Shown piece after piece: positions 25,861 through 40,789 of a DNA stretch of 64,000 bases. How positions within the stretch are numbered: position 1 is the first letter of the stretch; every line of letters begins with the position of its first letter. Origin of the DNA: the human T2T-CHM13v2.0 reference genome, Homo sapiens; assembly GCF_009914755.1 (NCBI RefSeq), contig NC_060925.1. One strand, given 5' to 3'. The notes under the pieces are model-generated. The model did not search any database. It saw nothing but the letters and a program-made list of their open reading frames with translations, and was not told the DNA's origin. The position numbers were made by a program, and so were the translations under genes.

Positions 25861-27505
25861 AAACAGACTCAAGTTGTCTCAAACCTGAGTGACACCCTGC
25901 CAAGTTGTGGTACCTCCCTGCTTGATTAGTGAGTTGTCTGTTTCTACACCTAACTGCAAAGCTTCCCTTTCCAGTTTTCTTTCTGGCACGCACTCTGGGG
26001 AGAGCTTGATGGAAAATAGGTCCTTGGAGGGTTGATTTTCTACACTCATGTACACTCATGAGATACATTTTCTGTTTTCATTATCGGGACTGATCTTAGA
26101 GAGGAGCTTTTGTTAAAAAGCCTCATTCTTGAAGGTTGTTCACTATTCTTGGCAAAATTTGACATTTCACCCCAATTTTGGCCCCCATATCCCAAGAGGT
26201 TCTTGGGTTTTCTTCTGCAGAAGTGCAACTTGGATAAAGCATTTGAGTAGTTAGGCATCCAAGGTGGCCTGATAGAAAACACCCACAGGTTCCTGGTGTT
26301 CTACCAATTTGAGCTAATGTAATTAGTTGAAGCCTAAAGTTTTGAAAGAGGTATTTGTGGGTTTCTTTACATTTATTTATTATAGACCAGTGTCAATAAC
26401 ATTAAGATAAATATTATCCCATCTAGCTTTATGTCTGAATACAGTGATTAAAGGATAATTTTCAGGATGTTGCACTATATTCTTGAATATCAGTTCTTAA
26501 ATATCAATAGAGATCGTCATAAAATCATTACAGTGATGATGCACAAGGCAAAGTGGAGTTGAGGTTTATAAAGTCTCTCACTGAATTTTTCTGGGTTAGT
26601 GTATAAATATATTCTTCAACATTTTTATTTAAAATTAACCCAAAGAGCAAGAGAAAAAAAGGAGAAATTTAGATAATTGCCAAGATAATTTATGATTGTC
26701 TTCATTCCTCCTGGCTCTAATTATTTATGTCAATGTGTCATGAATTACACAGAGTAACTTTCAGTAGTGTTAGTGCTCATGGGACAAGCATTCCACTCTC
26801 CTCTAATTTTTTGTATAATTATTATTTCTTGTTGAATTTTTGAAAAATAACACCACTGGGTTTCATTATTTGTGTATCTTTTTGGAGTCAGACTTCAGTG
26901 TACTAGTCATTGTGAAAATTCAATAAATGCTTTTTGATTGAGTATCTCAAAAAAGAAAACATTCTAGGTATTGTACTTGGGTTTGAATGGGATTAAGCTC
27001 CTAGCTGACACTTATTTGCTAGGACATTTCCCCCATGTCACATAATCTCTCTGGGATCCAGATTTTTCTATTGTAGAGTCAAGAGAAAGATTCAAAAATT
27101 TATCTTGGATGTCTGATATTCGAATTATTTGCTTTACTCAGTTTTGCTTTTTAACAACCAAATAAATATTTGATCATTGTATGAATTTTTTTAGTAGAAA
27201 ATTCCACAATTTGTTATGGAAAATTCTGCCTTTGTACAATCCATAATTCATATTGAATAAAAAAACAAATCATTTTCCTATGAGCATTTTAAAAATTATA
27301 AGATCCTATTTTATTTTCTAAACTAGCTTTAATTTTTAACCATATATTTGGGGAGAGACAAGAAATGATAATATGTAGCCACTATTGTTTTTTGCTTGAC
27401 AGCTACAATATATTCCACTTCTTTTCCTGTTGCTATTAGTTTGCTTGATGCCATTTGCTTGATGCTAGTACATTATTTCTTCTAGCCAACATAACCTTGA
27501 TGCTA

Positions 27506-27682
<177 letters not shown>

Positions 27683-27902
27683 TTATGAACCAACATAAAC
27701 ATATTATTTGTCTTCGTAAATCTTTCTCCCTGCAGAAAATCTAACATCTGAAAAGATTAAGGAACCCTAGAAACTATAGTAGAATAACATATTGTCCACT
27801 TTAAAATAGTACCTTGGAGTTAAACCATAATTTTAGCCATAGAAAGTGGTGGGGAGTTCTAACTGTGAATAACGCTTGAAGATCTAAACCCTACTTTCTT
27901 TC

Positions 27903-27993
27903 TTTTTTTTTTTTTGGAGACAGAGTCTCTCTCTGTCTCCCAGGCTGGAGTGCAATGGCGCAATCTCGGCTCACTGAAACCTCTGCCTCCTGG
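27903..27993 (-). mobile_element. Short 5'-truncated Alu with TSD
   Basis: poly-T plus ~75 bp of Alu 3' end; TSD GATCTAAACCCTACTTTCT (27881-27899) / GATCTAACCGTACTTTCT (27993-28010). Confidence 0.92.
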
Positions 27994-29489
27994 ATCTAAC
28001 CGTACTTTCTAAGATCACTGGCATTATCTTCATAAGAAAAAAATATATTCTTATGACACTTAAAATTATGCATTTGATATTCTCCCATAAAACCTAAGTT
28101 GTTTAATGCTTAGAATAAAGATAGTGAGGAATTAGTTTCACTTTAAATAACTGTTGCATGCAGTACTGACCTGTTAATCTGGTCACTGAAAGCCACAAGT
28201 CTGAGCTATTAACAATTAACTAAGGTAAGCTATAATTTGACGTGTGATAAGAATGACCTTGTTTAATAATACAGTTCACAGGTGAGCAGTAAAGTTGAAG
28301 TCCCTCAAGGCTTAGAATAAGTTCTAAATAATCCCTAATACATATTTGCACACACAAAATTACGATATTCACCAAAGTTATAATATTGACAATAAAATGT
28401 ATTATTCCCTAACAGCATCAGTCATAAGGAAGTTTATTTTGCATGCTTGGATTCCATAAAATAATATCACCCAATTTACTTCCTTATATGGACTAAAACA
28501 AGCCTTTGTGATTTCAGGAACATGAATAAATAAATTATATCTGAAATATTTTACATCTCAACAGTTAGTTGTTTTGGGGGTTCCCCAGTAAGTATTCAAT
28601 TAAGCGTTTCAAACCATCCCAAACATCTGTTTTTACTACCATTGAAGTACAGTGGGAAAATCATAAAAATTGCAGCATTTGTTCAGTGGGCAAAACTAAA
28701 TTGTGGACTCTAATGCTTTCTTCTCTTTTCTTATTGATCTGACTTGAACAATCATTCAGATTTTAATCAAGCAGATATTCTGGCATGTAGTGAAGATTTT
28801 TCACTGCAGAAAATAAAAATGAAAAAAAAAAGTATTTGCAGCTCGAGAAACAAAACGTGAGCAGTTAGTCTTCCACTGGGCAATGAGCAAGTAGGCAAGG
28901 GCCCTAACTCAAGATGACTTATCTAAGCACCAGGAGCTCTATGTACTATGCGTATTAAGGATTTATGGGGTTCAAGAGAAGACAGTTAACTGAAGACTAT
29001 TCCTACTTCCCAAAGAAGTATTGAAAACGTTGGCTTAAAAAAACTTTCTGTATTGCAAGATTTTTCAAAGTACTTAATATGCTTCGGGAGCTTTGTTTAT
29101 CTCCAAATGGAGAATCAAGCAGAATCCTAAAATTACTTTCAATGGAACTATTTTTTGGTCAAGTTACCATTAATATCTTGTGGAACACTACCAGCCTGCA
29201 AACACAGTCTGGAGAATGATGAGCTGTATCTTTATGTTTGAGAGTAATCAATACTTATGTGGTAATTAAATCCTTGAGACTATAAGAGATTGCTCATGGA
29301 CAAATGACCAACAAGAACAGAACCTTGCAAAAGAACACCGCAATTTGAATAGGATTAAATTCCTAGCTGACACTTATTGGCTAGGATATTTACCCCATGT
29401 CGCATGATGACTCCTGCATGGTAGGAGTGGTTATGAGCACTTAGTTACAGGACAGGCAGGGTATTGTATTATGAGTTTATTATACATGC

Positions 29490-29620
29490 CCTAGACTCAT
29501 AGAATTTTTAAATTAGAAGAATAGAGATCACATAATTCAACTATCTCATTTCATAGCTGGGGCAATTAAGGACTGAGGAATTAGATGATTTATTTAAATG
29601 TACACAGCTTGTTTCACGGT
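29490..29620 (-). mobile_element. MIR fragment
   Basis: TCTCATTTCATAGCTGGGGCAATTAAGGACTGAGGAATTAGATGATTT...ACACAGCT resembles reverse MIR core. Confidence 0.55.
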
Positions 29621-30101
29621 TGCTCGTCAAACTCAAAAGAGCGAATACGTTACCCTAAAGAAACTCATTCTGAACAAAAGCAAAAATGCCTTCTGGTCAC
29701 AAGACACTAATGATAAAAATAATTTCTTAATACAGATGTTGAAGGAATCCACTGGGGCCCATTCCTTCCTTCATGTAATTTCTCATGATGAGGAAGGAAT
29801 TTTTTGAGTTGACAAAGTAAACTAAACCTTCCTTGGAAACAACCACACAAGAGTGCTCATTACTGTAATAGACAGAGGAAGGAAAAAAAAAATCTCTGTG
29901 GTTTCTAAGTCTTATGCACCCTTTCATTATTTTGCTTGGGAATGTTTTATACAGACAAGCATAGAGTAATTTATTATTTTTTCTTTACTCCTTAACAATC
30001 CCGGTAATTTTATAAAGCAGGGATGTTTCTCCTTTCTAATAAATGAGTCTGTGTTTTGACATAAAATGATTTGAAATGGTATAATCCCACTGCCTGCATA
30101 A

Positions 30102-30417
<316 letters not shown>

Positions 30418-31389
30418 TAAAAAAATAACAACAGCAAAAAAACAACTGGCAACATAATTACCACACACTTAAAAACAACTGCAATTGTGGTGTAAGGAAC
30501 TGTTGGAAATCTTGTTTCTGGTTCTCACGCTTAACAGTGTTTGCTCATAAAAAACAGGTCACTAAACCTTCAATTGCTTCACAACTGTACCTTTGGTCTG
30601 TTCTTATTTTCTGTCTAATTAAATGTAAACATTATTTCAAATTATAAACCAATGGGACTAGGTGTCATTTTTCCACCCTTCTCTACATCTTCTTTATTTC
30701 CTTGAACAGGTGCCATAATAGACACTCAATATAAATGTCTATAAAATGGAATGAACAATAATATATCCCTCATAGTCTTATCTAGAGGCTTAAGTGATAT
30801 CGTCTATGTGAACATTCTTTGCAAAGAGTGAAGCACTAGTTATTATTATGTGAGTCTGAATTACTACTATTGTTACCATTATTATAAGACACTTTTCTAG
30901 ATATTGTGATTGATATTAATAAGAATCAGAACGTATACAAAGCAATAGGACAACAATTTTTACCATATATTAATTCTTCAAAACTGCTTGTTGAATCATG
31001 TATAAAACCAATATGGTACAAATGCAAATCAGTGGAATATAGGCACAGAAAAAAGAACAGGTCAGAGTCTCACGAAATTAATGTGAGAAGTGAATATGAA
31101 CCTAATCTGAAACAAAGTGGAAAGCGAGAAACGCAGAATCATAATTTGGTAGAGAAGATAAAATAAGGAAGATAACACTGTAAAACCCAAAATGGCAGGA
31201 GTAGTTCTGAGCAGGAAATTGTAATTCTTGTATGAGCAAAGAATTAAGATGTTATAAGGATGGGTATTTGTTTGTTATTAGAATGAAGCTAGAATTTTTT
31301 CTGGATGTAAAGAAAAAAGAAGTAAGGCTATCCAGGAACTGAAAATGGCATCGACGAAGAGGCAGTTCTCTTCCATACAACGATCTCCA

Positions 31390-32000
31390 TGAGACAATCT
31401 TTGCTTCACTTTAAAGATACCTTCTCTTTAATTCTCTATTTGAATCTCTCCAGAACTCCAGAATGAGACATCTAATTATCCATTTAGCATCCATACATGG
31501 ATGACCAGTATAAACCTCAAAATTAGTATGTCTGAGAATGAACTCTTGCTTCTCTACACCAAAAACCTTGGCCCCCTGAGTCTTCTTCATCTCAGTAAAT
31601 GGCACTACCATTCACTTGTTCATTTAGGCTGACATCCTTGGAATCCTTTTTTAAGTCCTTTGTTTTGCTCATACTCCAAATCCAAATAATCACAAATTCT
31701 ATCAGCTTTCCCATCAAGATAAATTGTGAATCCATAGATTCTTCACTTCGCTGCAATTGTAGTCAAATGCATAGAGTGCAGTATCCTCTTAAATGGTCTC
31801 CGTGATCTGTCTCTTATCCCACTACTATCCAGAAATCAAAACACAGACTAAGTGATTCTTTTAAAATGTAAAATATCTAATGTCATTCTCCCACTCAAAG
31901 TCCTGCAATCAAATGTAGAATAAAGTCCAAATTTCTTACCTAAAGAACCACATGAACCTGGCCTTGACTTCCTCTCTTACCTTGCTTTCTCTATGACTAT
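31390..32000 (+). mobile_element. L2 fragment
   Basis: TCTTCTTCATCTCAGTAAATGGCACTACCATTCAC...; TTCTTTTAAAATGTAAAATATCTAATGTCATTCTCCCACTCAAA. Confidence 0.75.
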
Positions 32001-32875
32001 TCATCCCTTAGCTCCTCAATATCTCAGTCTACAGAATAGACTAAGAATAGTCCTTAGTCTATTCTATAATTAGGCTGATGTTGACTTGATTCTGCAGAAG
32101 ATGCAATATCATCCCTCATCTCCTGCTCCGAGCCAAGGGCAATTACAGAGGTTATGTGGCTGAGTTTTAACGATGATGATCTATTAAGCTCACACAACTT
32201 CATATTTCTCCATAGTTACACAAGACACTTTATCTAGTTGCTCCTTATATGTGAAGTTATGTACTGTATTCATCTTATAAAAATAGAATGAACGAGCTGC
32301 TGATCATGAGTTCCAGGGAAGAGTGTTTGAGTTGGGATCCCTCAGGCTGCTGGCAGCCCCAAACCATGCTTCCCGAGGTTAGTTTTCAGTTAGTAAACAC
32401 AAAATATAGATTTGAAGAAATTATCTGGATAATTCAAGCAAAAAACATTGCTTTGACTTGAATTGCCTGATTAATTGCAAGTTAATCATCTCTTCACTAT
32501 TGAATTCCTTCCTAGCAAGTCAATTGTCCACGCAATAGAGACAGAGCATGGTGGTGACTTAAATTACTCAAATAACTGCATGCTTGCTCGACCCCACCTT
32601 GTCAACAAGACCTGGCTGTGATGTAAAGAACTTCAGTGGAGAAATGACAGGAATTGATAGTTAAGGCCAGCACTATCAATAGGAGGTGAAACAGACACAG
32701 GGAAAAAAATCAGAAAGAGACTTTGTTAGGAAGCACAAACTGCTCCAGCCAGCAGGCCTGCCTGACTGCAGTGTCACTTGATGAATAAGCAAATGGGGCT
32801 AAGGGGATGAGAGTACTTTACTGATGAGAAATTCTCACAAATAGGAGATATTTAGGGACTAAAATGCGCCTCCCA

Positions 32876-33192
<317 letters not shown>

Positions 33193-34837
33193 CACCTTTG
33201 CGATAGGTTTAGTTGTTCGTTAAATAACACAATACAAAATAGTTAGGAATTTTAAGTTCAAAGTAGTATTTAAGGCATCCTAGTACCTTATGCACTAAAT
33301 AACTTAAAATGTACATTTAGTAAAATCACGCCCAACAAACTAAGAACAGTAAGAAATACTCTCAATGAATATTTTATTTTTATATGCTTATTTTCTTTAA
33401 TTGTGAGTCCATCCATTAACCTTTCTCTATTGCTAGTAATGCGATGGAGGGAGAAGTCACCTTTTAAATATAAATAGTCCATGCTGTGCTAAATCAACAA
33501 CAACTACATTTTCAGAAATGAGGGCATTCATGAAATCCTGACTCTATCTGTATTGCTTTAAATCAAGCTGACAGTAGAATAGTTTCTGCTGAAAGGCTGT
33601 CCTATGCGATATTGGACATTTATGTTATGAAGGTTATGACCAAATTATAGGTTAATATCTATTCATTTATCATATTAATTCAACAAACTTTTATTACACA
33701 CCTACAATAAGAGGTACTGTGCTTTCACGTCTTATCTCATATATTTATTTGCTCCACAATGCAAGCTGTATATCGTCACTGCATCTTCCCATGAACTACT
33801 CTACTTTCCATTCCCAGAGCTATGCCTTCTCTATTAAAATAAAATGGAAATCAAAGCAAGATAATGATGTAGAGAGAACTGGTATTTGGATATTAGTCCA
33901 GGCTCTGCCAATAGCTGTGTTTTCTTGTCTATACAATTAGCATGTTGATATATAACGTTAAAATTTCCAAGTAAAATTTCTGACTCTCTCTATCATTACT
34001 AAATTAATATTACACTGGGTGTTCTGGTGGTGGTAGTAATTATTATTTATGGTCTTATCCGAGTCTTTTTCCTAACATTTGATGAGTCAAATAAATCTAC
34101 CTGACCACACTGGCAACAGATCTGCTTTTATGAAAGAAAATATGAAATATGTGGTGAACAGTGTGGTTTGGCATTATTTGGGTTTTTTGTTTTGATTTGT
34201 AAGGATCATGTCTGCTTCTAGTGTGTAGATAGATCATAAATTGTAGCATACCTGGAAATATGACAAATTACTTATATCGTCACGTAATGTAGATTTATTT
34301 CTTCCTTTTGAACTGATAAGTCTAAATAAGCAATGTTCCTTAACTTTTATTTTAAAATGCATACATTTGTATTTGTGGGCTTGGTCTTCTAATTTAGTAT
34401 TTCCAGTTAATGCACATGATGTCAGATATTAATATTATGTGAATGCATTACCCAAGGTCATGCCAAAGGCTGTTAAAGTTAAGCAGAGGAACCTTATCAG
34501 AGTAAATCAGCAAGGCATGGCACAGCTTTGAGTTTACGTAAGAGGAGGCAGAAAGGTACAAATAATTGATATGCCAATTCAGGTAAGGGATCAGCTCTAG
34601 AAACCACCCTGCTCTATATAAATAACATGTATTTGTTCAGATGTTTGTCTTGATAATTGTCCTCCCTTTTTTTTAATTTTTTGTTCAAGAGATGCAAAAG
34701 CTTCAGGAGGATGGATCCCAGGAAAGAAATCAATGGGCTCTGTGAACTATTTTGTGGCTCAGTTACCAATACCACAAGAGCAATTACATTCAATTAGATG
34801 CCACTGAACTGGCAGCTTTTATTGACCCTCTTAAAGT

Positions 34838-34860
34838 CTTTCTCTCTCTCTTTCTCTCTT

Positions 34861-34894
<34 letters not shown>

Positions 34895-34920
34895 CCCCTC
34901 TCGCCTCTCACCCCTCCCTC
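34838..34920 (+). repeat. (CT)n polypyrimidine microsatellite
   Basis: Directly visible. Confidence 0.95.
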
Positions 34921-36098
34921 ACTTTTCTTGTGCAGTCACACTCTGCAATTGGCACTGAAAGTGGCTCCTAGCAGTTTTGTTACACTGAAGGATGTGTCAA
35001 CATTTTATTGTGTGATGATTCTAAAGTGTTTATTATGAAGGCGCTCCGGTTTGCATTGGGTTCAATTTGGCGCCAGCTAGATACACATTTGTTCTTAGAT
35101 TTTTTTTAACTGCTATGCATGTTGGAGGGGAAGTTGGATGACATTGTATTTATTTTAAGTTGTCTTTTTGTTTTTCTAAGAGTGACAAAAGGAAGGGTGT
35201 TTTGAGAATAATCTTTTTTTAGATACTGATTTCTGCAAGCAAAAAACTTTTTCACATCTTAAAATAATTCCCTTTGTGAAAAAGATTATTTAAATTTGAG
35301 ATACAGCTGTTATACACATTTATTGACTTCTCTTAGCATAGCAATTATTTACTCTACAGGACATCCCTATGCCACATGTTATAAAAAGCCCAGTGCTTCT
35401 CCAAAGCCCTTTGATAACTTAATAAGTTCTTGTAACCATTAATAAAAATTACTCTTGCTTCTCCTAATTTTTTCATTGAAAAATGTCATGTGACAATCTG
35501 ACAAAAGTAAACTTGAAGCTGAATTTTACGTCGTAAATCTAAAGCAGATGGTACATTTGTTTTTTGTTGTTGATATTTTTAAAATAGCCTTTCTTAGTCC
35601 TTGTTTTTCATCTTCAGATATTTATTGAATACTTGCTGCATTTGACACACTGACCCTGGGACTCTGAAGTTCACAAAGTATAGTTAGGTAGTCCCAAAAC
35701 TCAATGAATGTATAATCTATTATGAAAAAGCGATTATGTTTGTATTTTCTGACACCTCAAATAATGTACAATCTGAGTATAGAGAAGGAAAAGATAACTT
35801 CTAAACTGGGGTTGTGAAGAGCACTGCTCCAGGCTATATTTGAGCTGGAAGATGTTTAGGACTTCCGCATGTGACATTAGGATTTGAAATCCTGGAAAAA
35901 GAGCATGAGCAAAGCGAGGGAAACAACAGGACACAATAACTCACTGGGAGGCCACCTATTTTGACAAAGCCATAGGAAAGTGATTTAATAGAAGGCTGAA
36001 AGGTGAACCAAGATTTAATTGTAGAAGGTATTTACTGTCAATCTAAAGAAGCTATTTGTTATTCAGAAGATAATGGAATCACTGCTGAGATATTAGTT

Positions 36099-36101
<3 letters not shown>

Positions 36102-36142
<41 letters not shown>
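36102..36142. repeat. (AT)~20 microsatellite
   Basis: Directly visible, uninterrupted. Confidence 0.97.
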
Positions 36143-36145
<3 letters not shown>

Positions 36146-36299
36146 CCACTAACAAATTTCTGTTTGGGAAAGATAAATCTGATGGTTGAGAATGGGAAAA
36201 ATCAAAATGTAAAAAATAATAAAGTCAATAATATATTACTATGACTATTATTAGTACTATGATAGTTAGAGACATTCATTGTCACATTTCCTCCTTTTG

Positions 36300-36790
36300 G
36301 CCCTAAAATAGCTGTGAGGGATACGTCCATCTTTGCTCTTCTTCTTCTTCAATAGATCAGAAAACAGCCAGCTACTCTAGTCTCTCTGACGGGATCCTAA
36401 CCTACTTCCAATTCTGTAGCCCTATGAGATTGGCAAACTCTTTTGATGATATCTTGGGTAGTTACTTTCCAGCCAAGGTTTTTATGTGCCTTACCAGACT
36501 CCAGGGCACTGCTATGCAAGGGTAAATCTCATCAGATATCTCAAGTCATGTTGGAGTCTTTTCCCAATTTCTTTCTCTTAGCACATTATCTCATCCCAAT
36601 TTTCTAGGAAAATGAATCCTTCTAATTTTTTCCATATTCTATTCTGATGGAACCCTTGGAAATTCTGTATTAGCACTAGGCAATGTGTCTCCTTGCATTT
36701 CTGAAACTCACACTATTTCATCAGGCTTTCCCATCCTTCAGCTAATGCAGTTGGCCAACTCTTTCCATGGGCTGACGAAGAGAGAAACAC
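36300..36790 (-). mobile_element. Decayed ERVL/MaLR-type gag N-terminal fragment
   Basis: Minus-strand SPWKELANCIS..., GFIFLENWDE, G*DP echo ERVL gag motifs SPWHEL.., GWLLL, EWDP in the expected order. Confidence 0.45.
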
Positions 36791-37489
36791 ATTTTTAAGA
36801 TAGTATAACTAACGAAACAGAGAGTAGAAGATACATTAATAAATCAAAAACAGTTCCAATTTTCTGAACCTAAGGACTGAAAGGTTCAATATTGAGAATC
36901 CCTTCCTTCTTGAAGCACTCACTTCTCTTGACCTACAAGACATAGAAATATTTTGGAAGACACAAATCCTCTTTCTCTCTCTGGCCAATCTCTCTCTACA
37001 TTTCTGGTTTATTTTCCTCTTTTCATCCTTGAGGTGTTCCATATAATTATTAGTGGAAGTCAGCAGCAGAGTCAGGCTTTAGAAGAAAATGAACTCAAGC
37101 TTAGACATTAAGAATTTTGTTCACAAGTAAAATAAGAGATATGATAATTGTAGCATCAGTAGTGGATGAACTCCAAGGAAGGAAGGAGTAAAAGAACCAG
37201 AAAATAGGGAGAGGATGGTCAGGGAGACAGACTGAGAACTTAGTAAGATATTTCTATCTTGTAAGTGAAGGGAGGTAAAATGTTCCAAGAAGGACATTCT
37301 CAGTGATCAATAAGGTCAGATTTTCCCTATAGATATAAAAGCTTATAATCCAACAAATTAGGAAAAAAGAAAGAGTAAAGTTTGAGAAGGCAGCAAGGTA
37401 AAGTGGATTTAGTATTGGATTAAACCAATGGTTGCATGAGAAGAAGATAGTGAGTCTTAAAATAGGAAAGGAGCTATGCTAAATATTCT

Positions 37490-37990
37490 TTACAGATAGA
37501 AAGTCCAATTTAAACTAACTTAGAGAAAAAATATATTCGGTTATGTAAGTGATCATTCAGGAAATCAGTAAGTGTCATCAGGTTCTGGTCTCTCTCCGCC
37601 TTTCAGTTTTGTTCTTGTCCATATGTCGATTTTATTTTCAAACACAATGTGATTTCAGCATGGCTGCTAGTGGCTCCAAGCCCACATCTTCTCATGTCCA
37701 GAGCTAGTGAAAAGGAATGTCTTCTTTTCCCCAGTGCTTATGAAAGTACACAGCCCCGATTCTCATTGGCCTGAGTTGGGTCAAGGTACATCACAAAAAA
37801 CTTTAATTATAGCTGGTGGTTTTCTGATTGATCAGACTCAAGGCTTCTACTCACAGCTGAAGTCACCTCTATCTAAAGTGTCAGGATTGAAAAGGGGAAC
37901 AAATGGTTCCCCTGTAAAAGACTGGGTAAGTTACCAAGAAAAGGGTAAATAGATATCAGGTTGGTAAAACAAAAACAAACTTAGGTCTGC
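37490..37990 (-). mobile_element. Old MLT1-type MaLR LTR
   Basis: GATTCTCATTGGCCTGAGTTGGGTCA; CATGGCTGCTAGTGGCTCCAAGCCCACATC, typical of reverse MLT1J-L. Confidence 0.55.
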
Positions 37991-38177
37991 CTCTGAGAAG
38001 GAACAGGAACAACCCATGATATGTAATAGAGAGAAATAAAGAGGTCGTTTGGTGGCATCTGAGAGAGCTGTTGAGAACTGTTAGACATGAATGGCAAATT
38101 GTGAAGGAGTAATAAATGTGCGTGCACATTAGAAATAGGGGCAGCAAGAATGAATTAGTTTGGATATATTTGAGGAG

Positions 38178-38179
<2 letters not shown>

Positions 38180-38214
<35 letters not shown>
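38180..38214 (+). repeat. (CA)n microsatellite
   Basis: Directly visible. Confidence 0.97.
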
Positions 38215-38220
<6 letters not shown>

Positions 38221-38339
38221 GTTTCACATATAAAGTTTTTTTAAAATCCTGGTAATACAGGGCTGCATCAGAGTGAATTGTCCAAGTCACAGGATTCTTA
38301 GAATTTGGAGGGTAAATGGTAAGAGAAAGGATAACCTGG

Positions 38340-39290
38340 CATTCACTCAAAAATTTAAGAATGCATTCAGTATTTGCGTACTTACTATGGACTAGGCACT
38401 ATTCAAGGTACTGGAATAGAACGGTGAGTATGATGAGAAGAGTCCCAGGAAAACAGAAAATGAACAAATAAAAAGTTAACATATTGTATACACGGAAGTG
38501 ATGTATACAGAGAGGAAGAATAACACAGGGTAAGAAAATAGAAGCTTACATGAGACAGAAGACATTTTGGGATGTGGCCAATGAAGGAAATCCTAAGGAG
38601 ATAACCTTTGGGCATAAATATAAATTAAGTTAGGGATCAGCCTAATGAATATCTGGGGGAAGAGCACATGTAAAGGCCCCAAGTCTTGGGTGTTATAGAA
38701 GAGCAAGAATGACAACCAAGTTAGAGGGGAGTGGGCAATTTTCAAAGAACAACAGTGGAAGGGGCTGCAGATAGAGGCAGAGGGTTTTGGGCTTTAGGCT
38801 TTGGTAAAAAGATTGTGTTTTATCCTGAGTGTGACAGGAAGCTCTGGAGAGGAACCTTGAATGGCACACTTTTCTGGATACTGTGTGAATTGCAAGGAAA
38901 TACCAGTGAAAGCTAGAATACTTGAGTATTACAAGAAAAAAGATCACGGTAGCTTGACCTACAGTGCAATGAAAAGATGAGAAATAGTCAATTCAGAATG
39001 CATTCTGAAGATAGAGATGAAAGTCTTGACAATGAGTAAGTTCTGGAGATGAAAAAAAGATTGAAACAAAAGAGGATTCCGTTTTCATGCCTATGCCACT
39101 GGGCAATGGTGAAGCCATTCTCCGGGATAGGGAAAACTGTGAGAAATACTAGGAAGAATGGCAATCTGGGGACAAGTAAGAGTTCAATTTTGGAGAATGT
39201 TAAGTTTTAAGTCCTGTTATACAACTGGATAAACAGACCCAGGGGGCATTTAGAGTTGAAATGGGAATTGGAATGTGGACTTCAGAGAGA
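38340..39290 (-). mobile_element. L2 fragment
   Basis: CATTCAGTATTTGCGTACTTACTATGGACTAGGCACTATTCAAGGTACTGG...; TTTTATCCTGAGTGTGACAGGAAGC; GAGTTCAATTTTGGA. Confidence 0.75.
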
Positions 39291-39420
39291 GGGAGGAGAT
39301 ATGATGAGCTGGGAGAAAGGGATAAGAGGTATATGACCACAACCTTTTCAACGCTTTGTCCTGGTGATAAGTTGTCATATTAGATTAGCCCTAATTGGGG
39401 TAGCTGGGATGGGATAATCA

Positions 39421-39804
<384 letters not shown>

Positions 39805-40250
39805 TCACACATCTGAGCAAATAGCAATGGCTCATAGAATAAGTAAATAAGTGCAAAAATATTTATTGCCAAATTTCAGAAGGCTTACAGGTCTGAAGCT
39901 ACAGAGAAAAGGAGGCTCAGGATAACCCATAGGAAAACTAATTACCTAGAAGTGAAGGAAAAGTCATTTGGCATATTCTACTTTAAAGGGACTGGCTTCT
40001 GTCTGTATGGATCAAAGGTGTCAGCTGTAGAATTTTAGAATATGAAAGATTTAATCACAACCTCTTACAGTCAAGATATAATATTTTATTTTTTCATGTG
40101 CTTGTTTGGGAGGCAAAAGGAAAGGTTACTAAATGGATCCTTCATTGGCAAAGGTCAAAAGTAGAATTTGATACCTTCTAAGTCTTATTTACAACTAAAC
40201 TCTAAAGCCGTTTCAGGATTATACATTATCTAGGGAAGCAATGTGGTCTA

Positions 40251-40448
40251 CAATAGTTCTCACATTTTAGTGAACATTAAATACCCTGGGAACATGGTGA
40301 AGATGCTGTTTCCCTAGGCTTCACTCCCATATATTTTGATTCCATAGATCAGGTTCAGGGCCAAAAATCTATATTTTTAACAAATATTCCAAGCATTTCT
40401 GATGCGGGGGTTGGGAGGAGGTCCCTGAACCAAGCCTTAAGAATTTTG
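40251..40448 (-). mobile_element. MER5A-like hAT MITE
   Basis: CAATAGTTCTCACATTTTAG...TATTTTTAACAAATATTCCAAGCATTTCTGATGC...AAGAATTTTG. Confidence 0.7.
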
Positions 40449-40789
40449 ATCTGGGGATAATTATGACAGATCTTTAGAATAATCACTGGCCTAGGTGTCA
40501 AAAGTCACCACATTTCCGAAGCTGTTTATTCTTATTAAGAAATATTAATGCCATCCTTCCCCATTTCAGTTACTGTCAGGTTAAAATGATACAATGCACT
40601 ATGATTATAATATTCATAGATTGTTACTTATCAAGTCACAAGAGTGAAAGCTTGCTGGTTGCATGGGAAAGTGCTTAGAATATTAAAGTACCATCTAACT
40701 GTAATTGTTAACAGGTAGGAATTAGACAGTAAAATTAAATGTCTGTAAGGAAAAAAAAATTCTGTTTTGATATAAATTTGGTTTCCTTT

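Noticed and set aside
36713-36770. Exon-like segment (TCGTCAG...GTGAGT) on the minus strand
   Set aside because: Stops in all frames, and it lies inside the ERVL-like gag relic.
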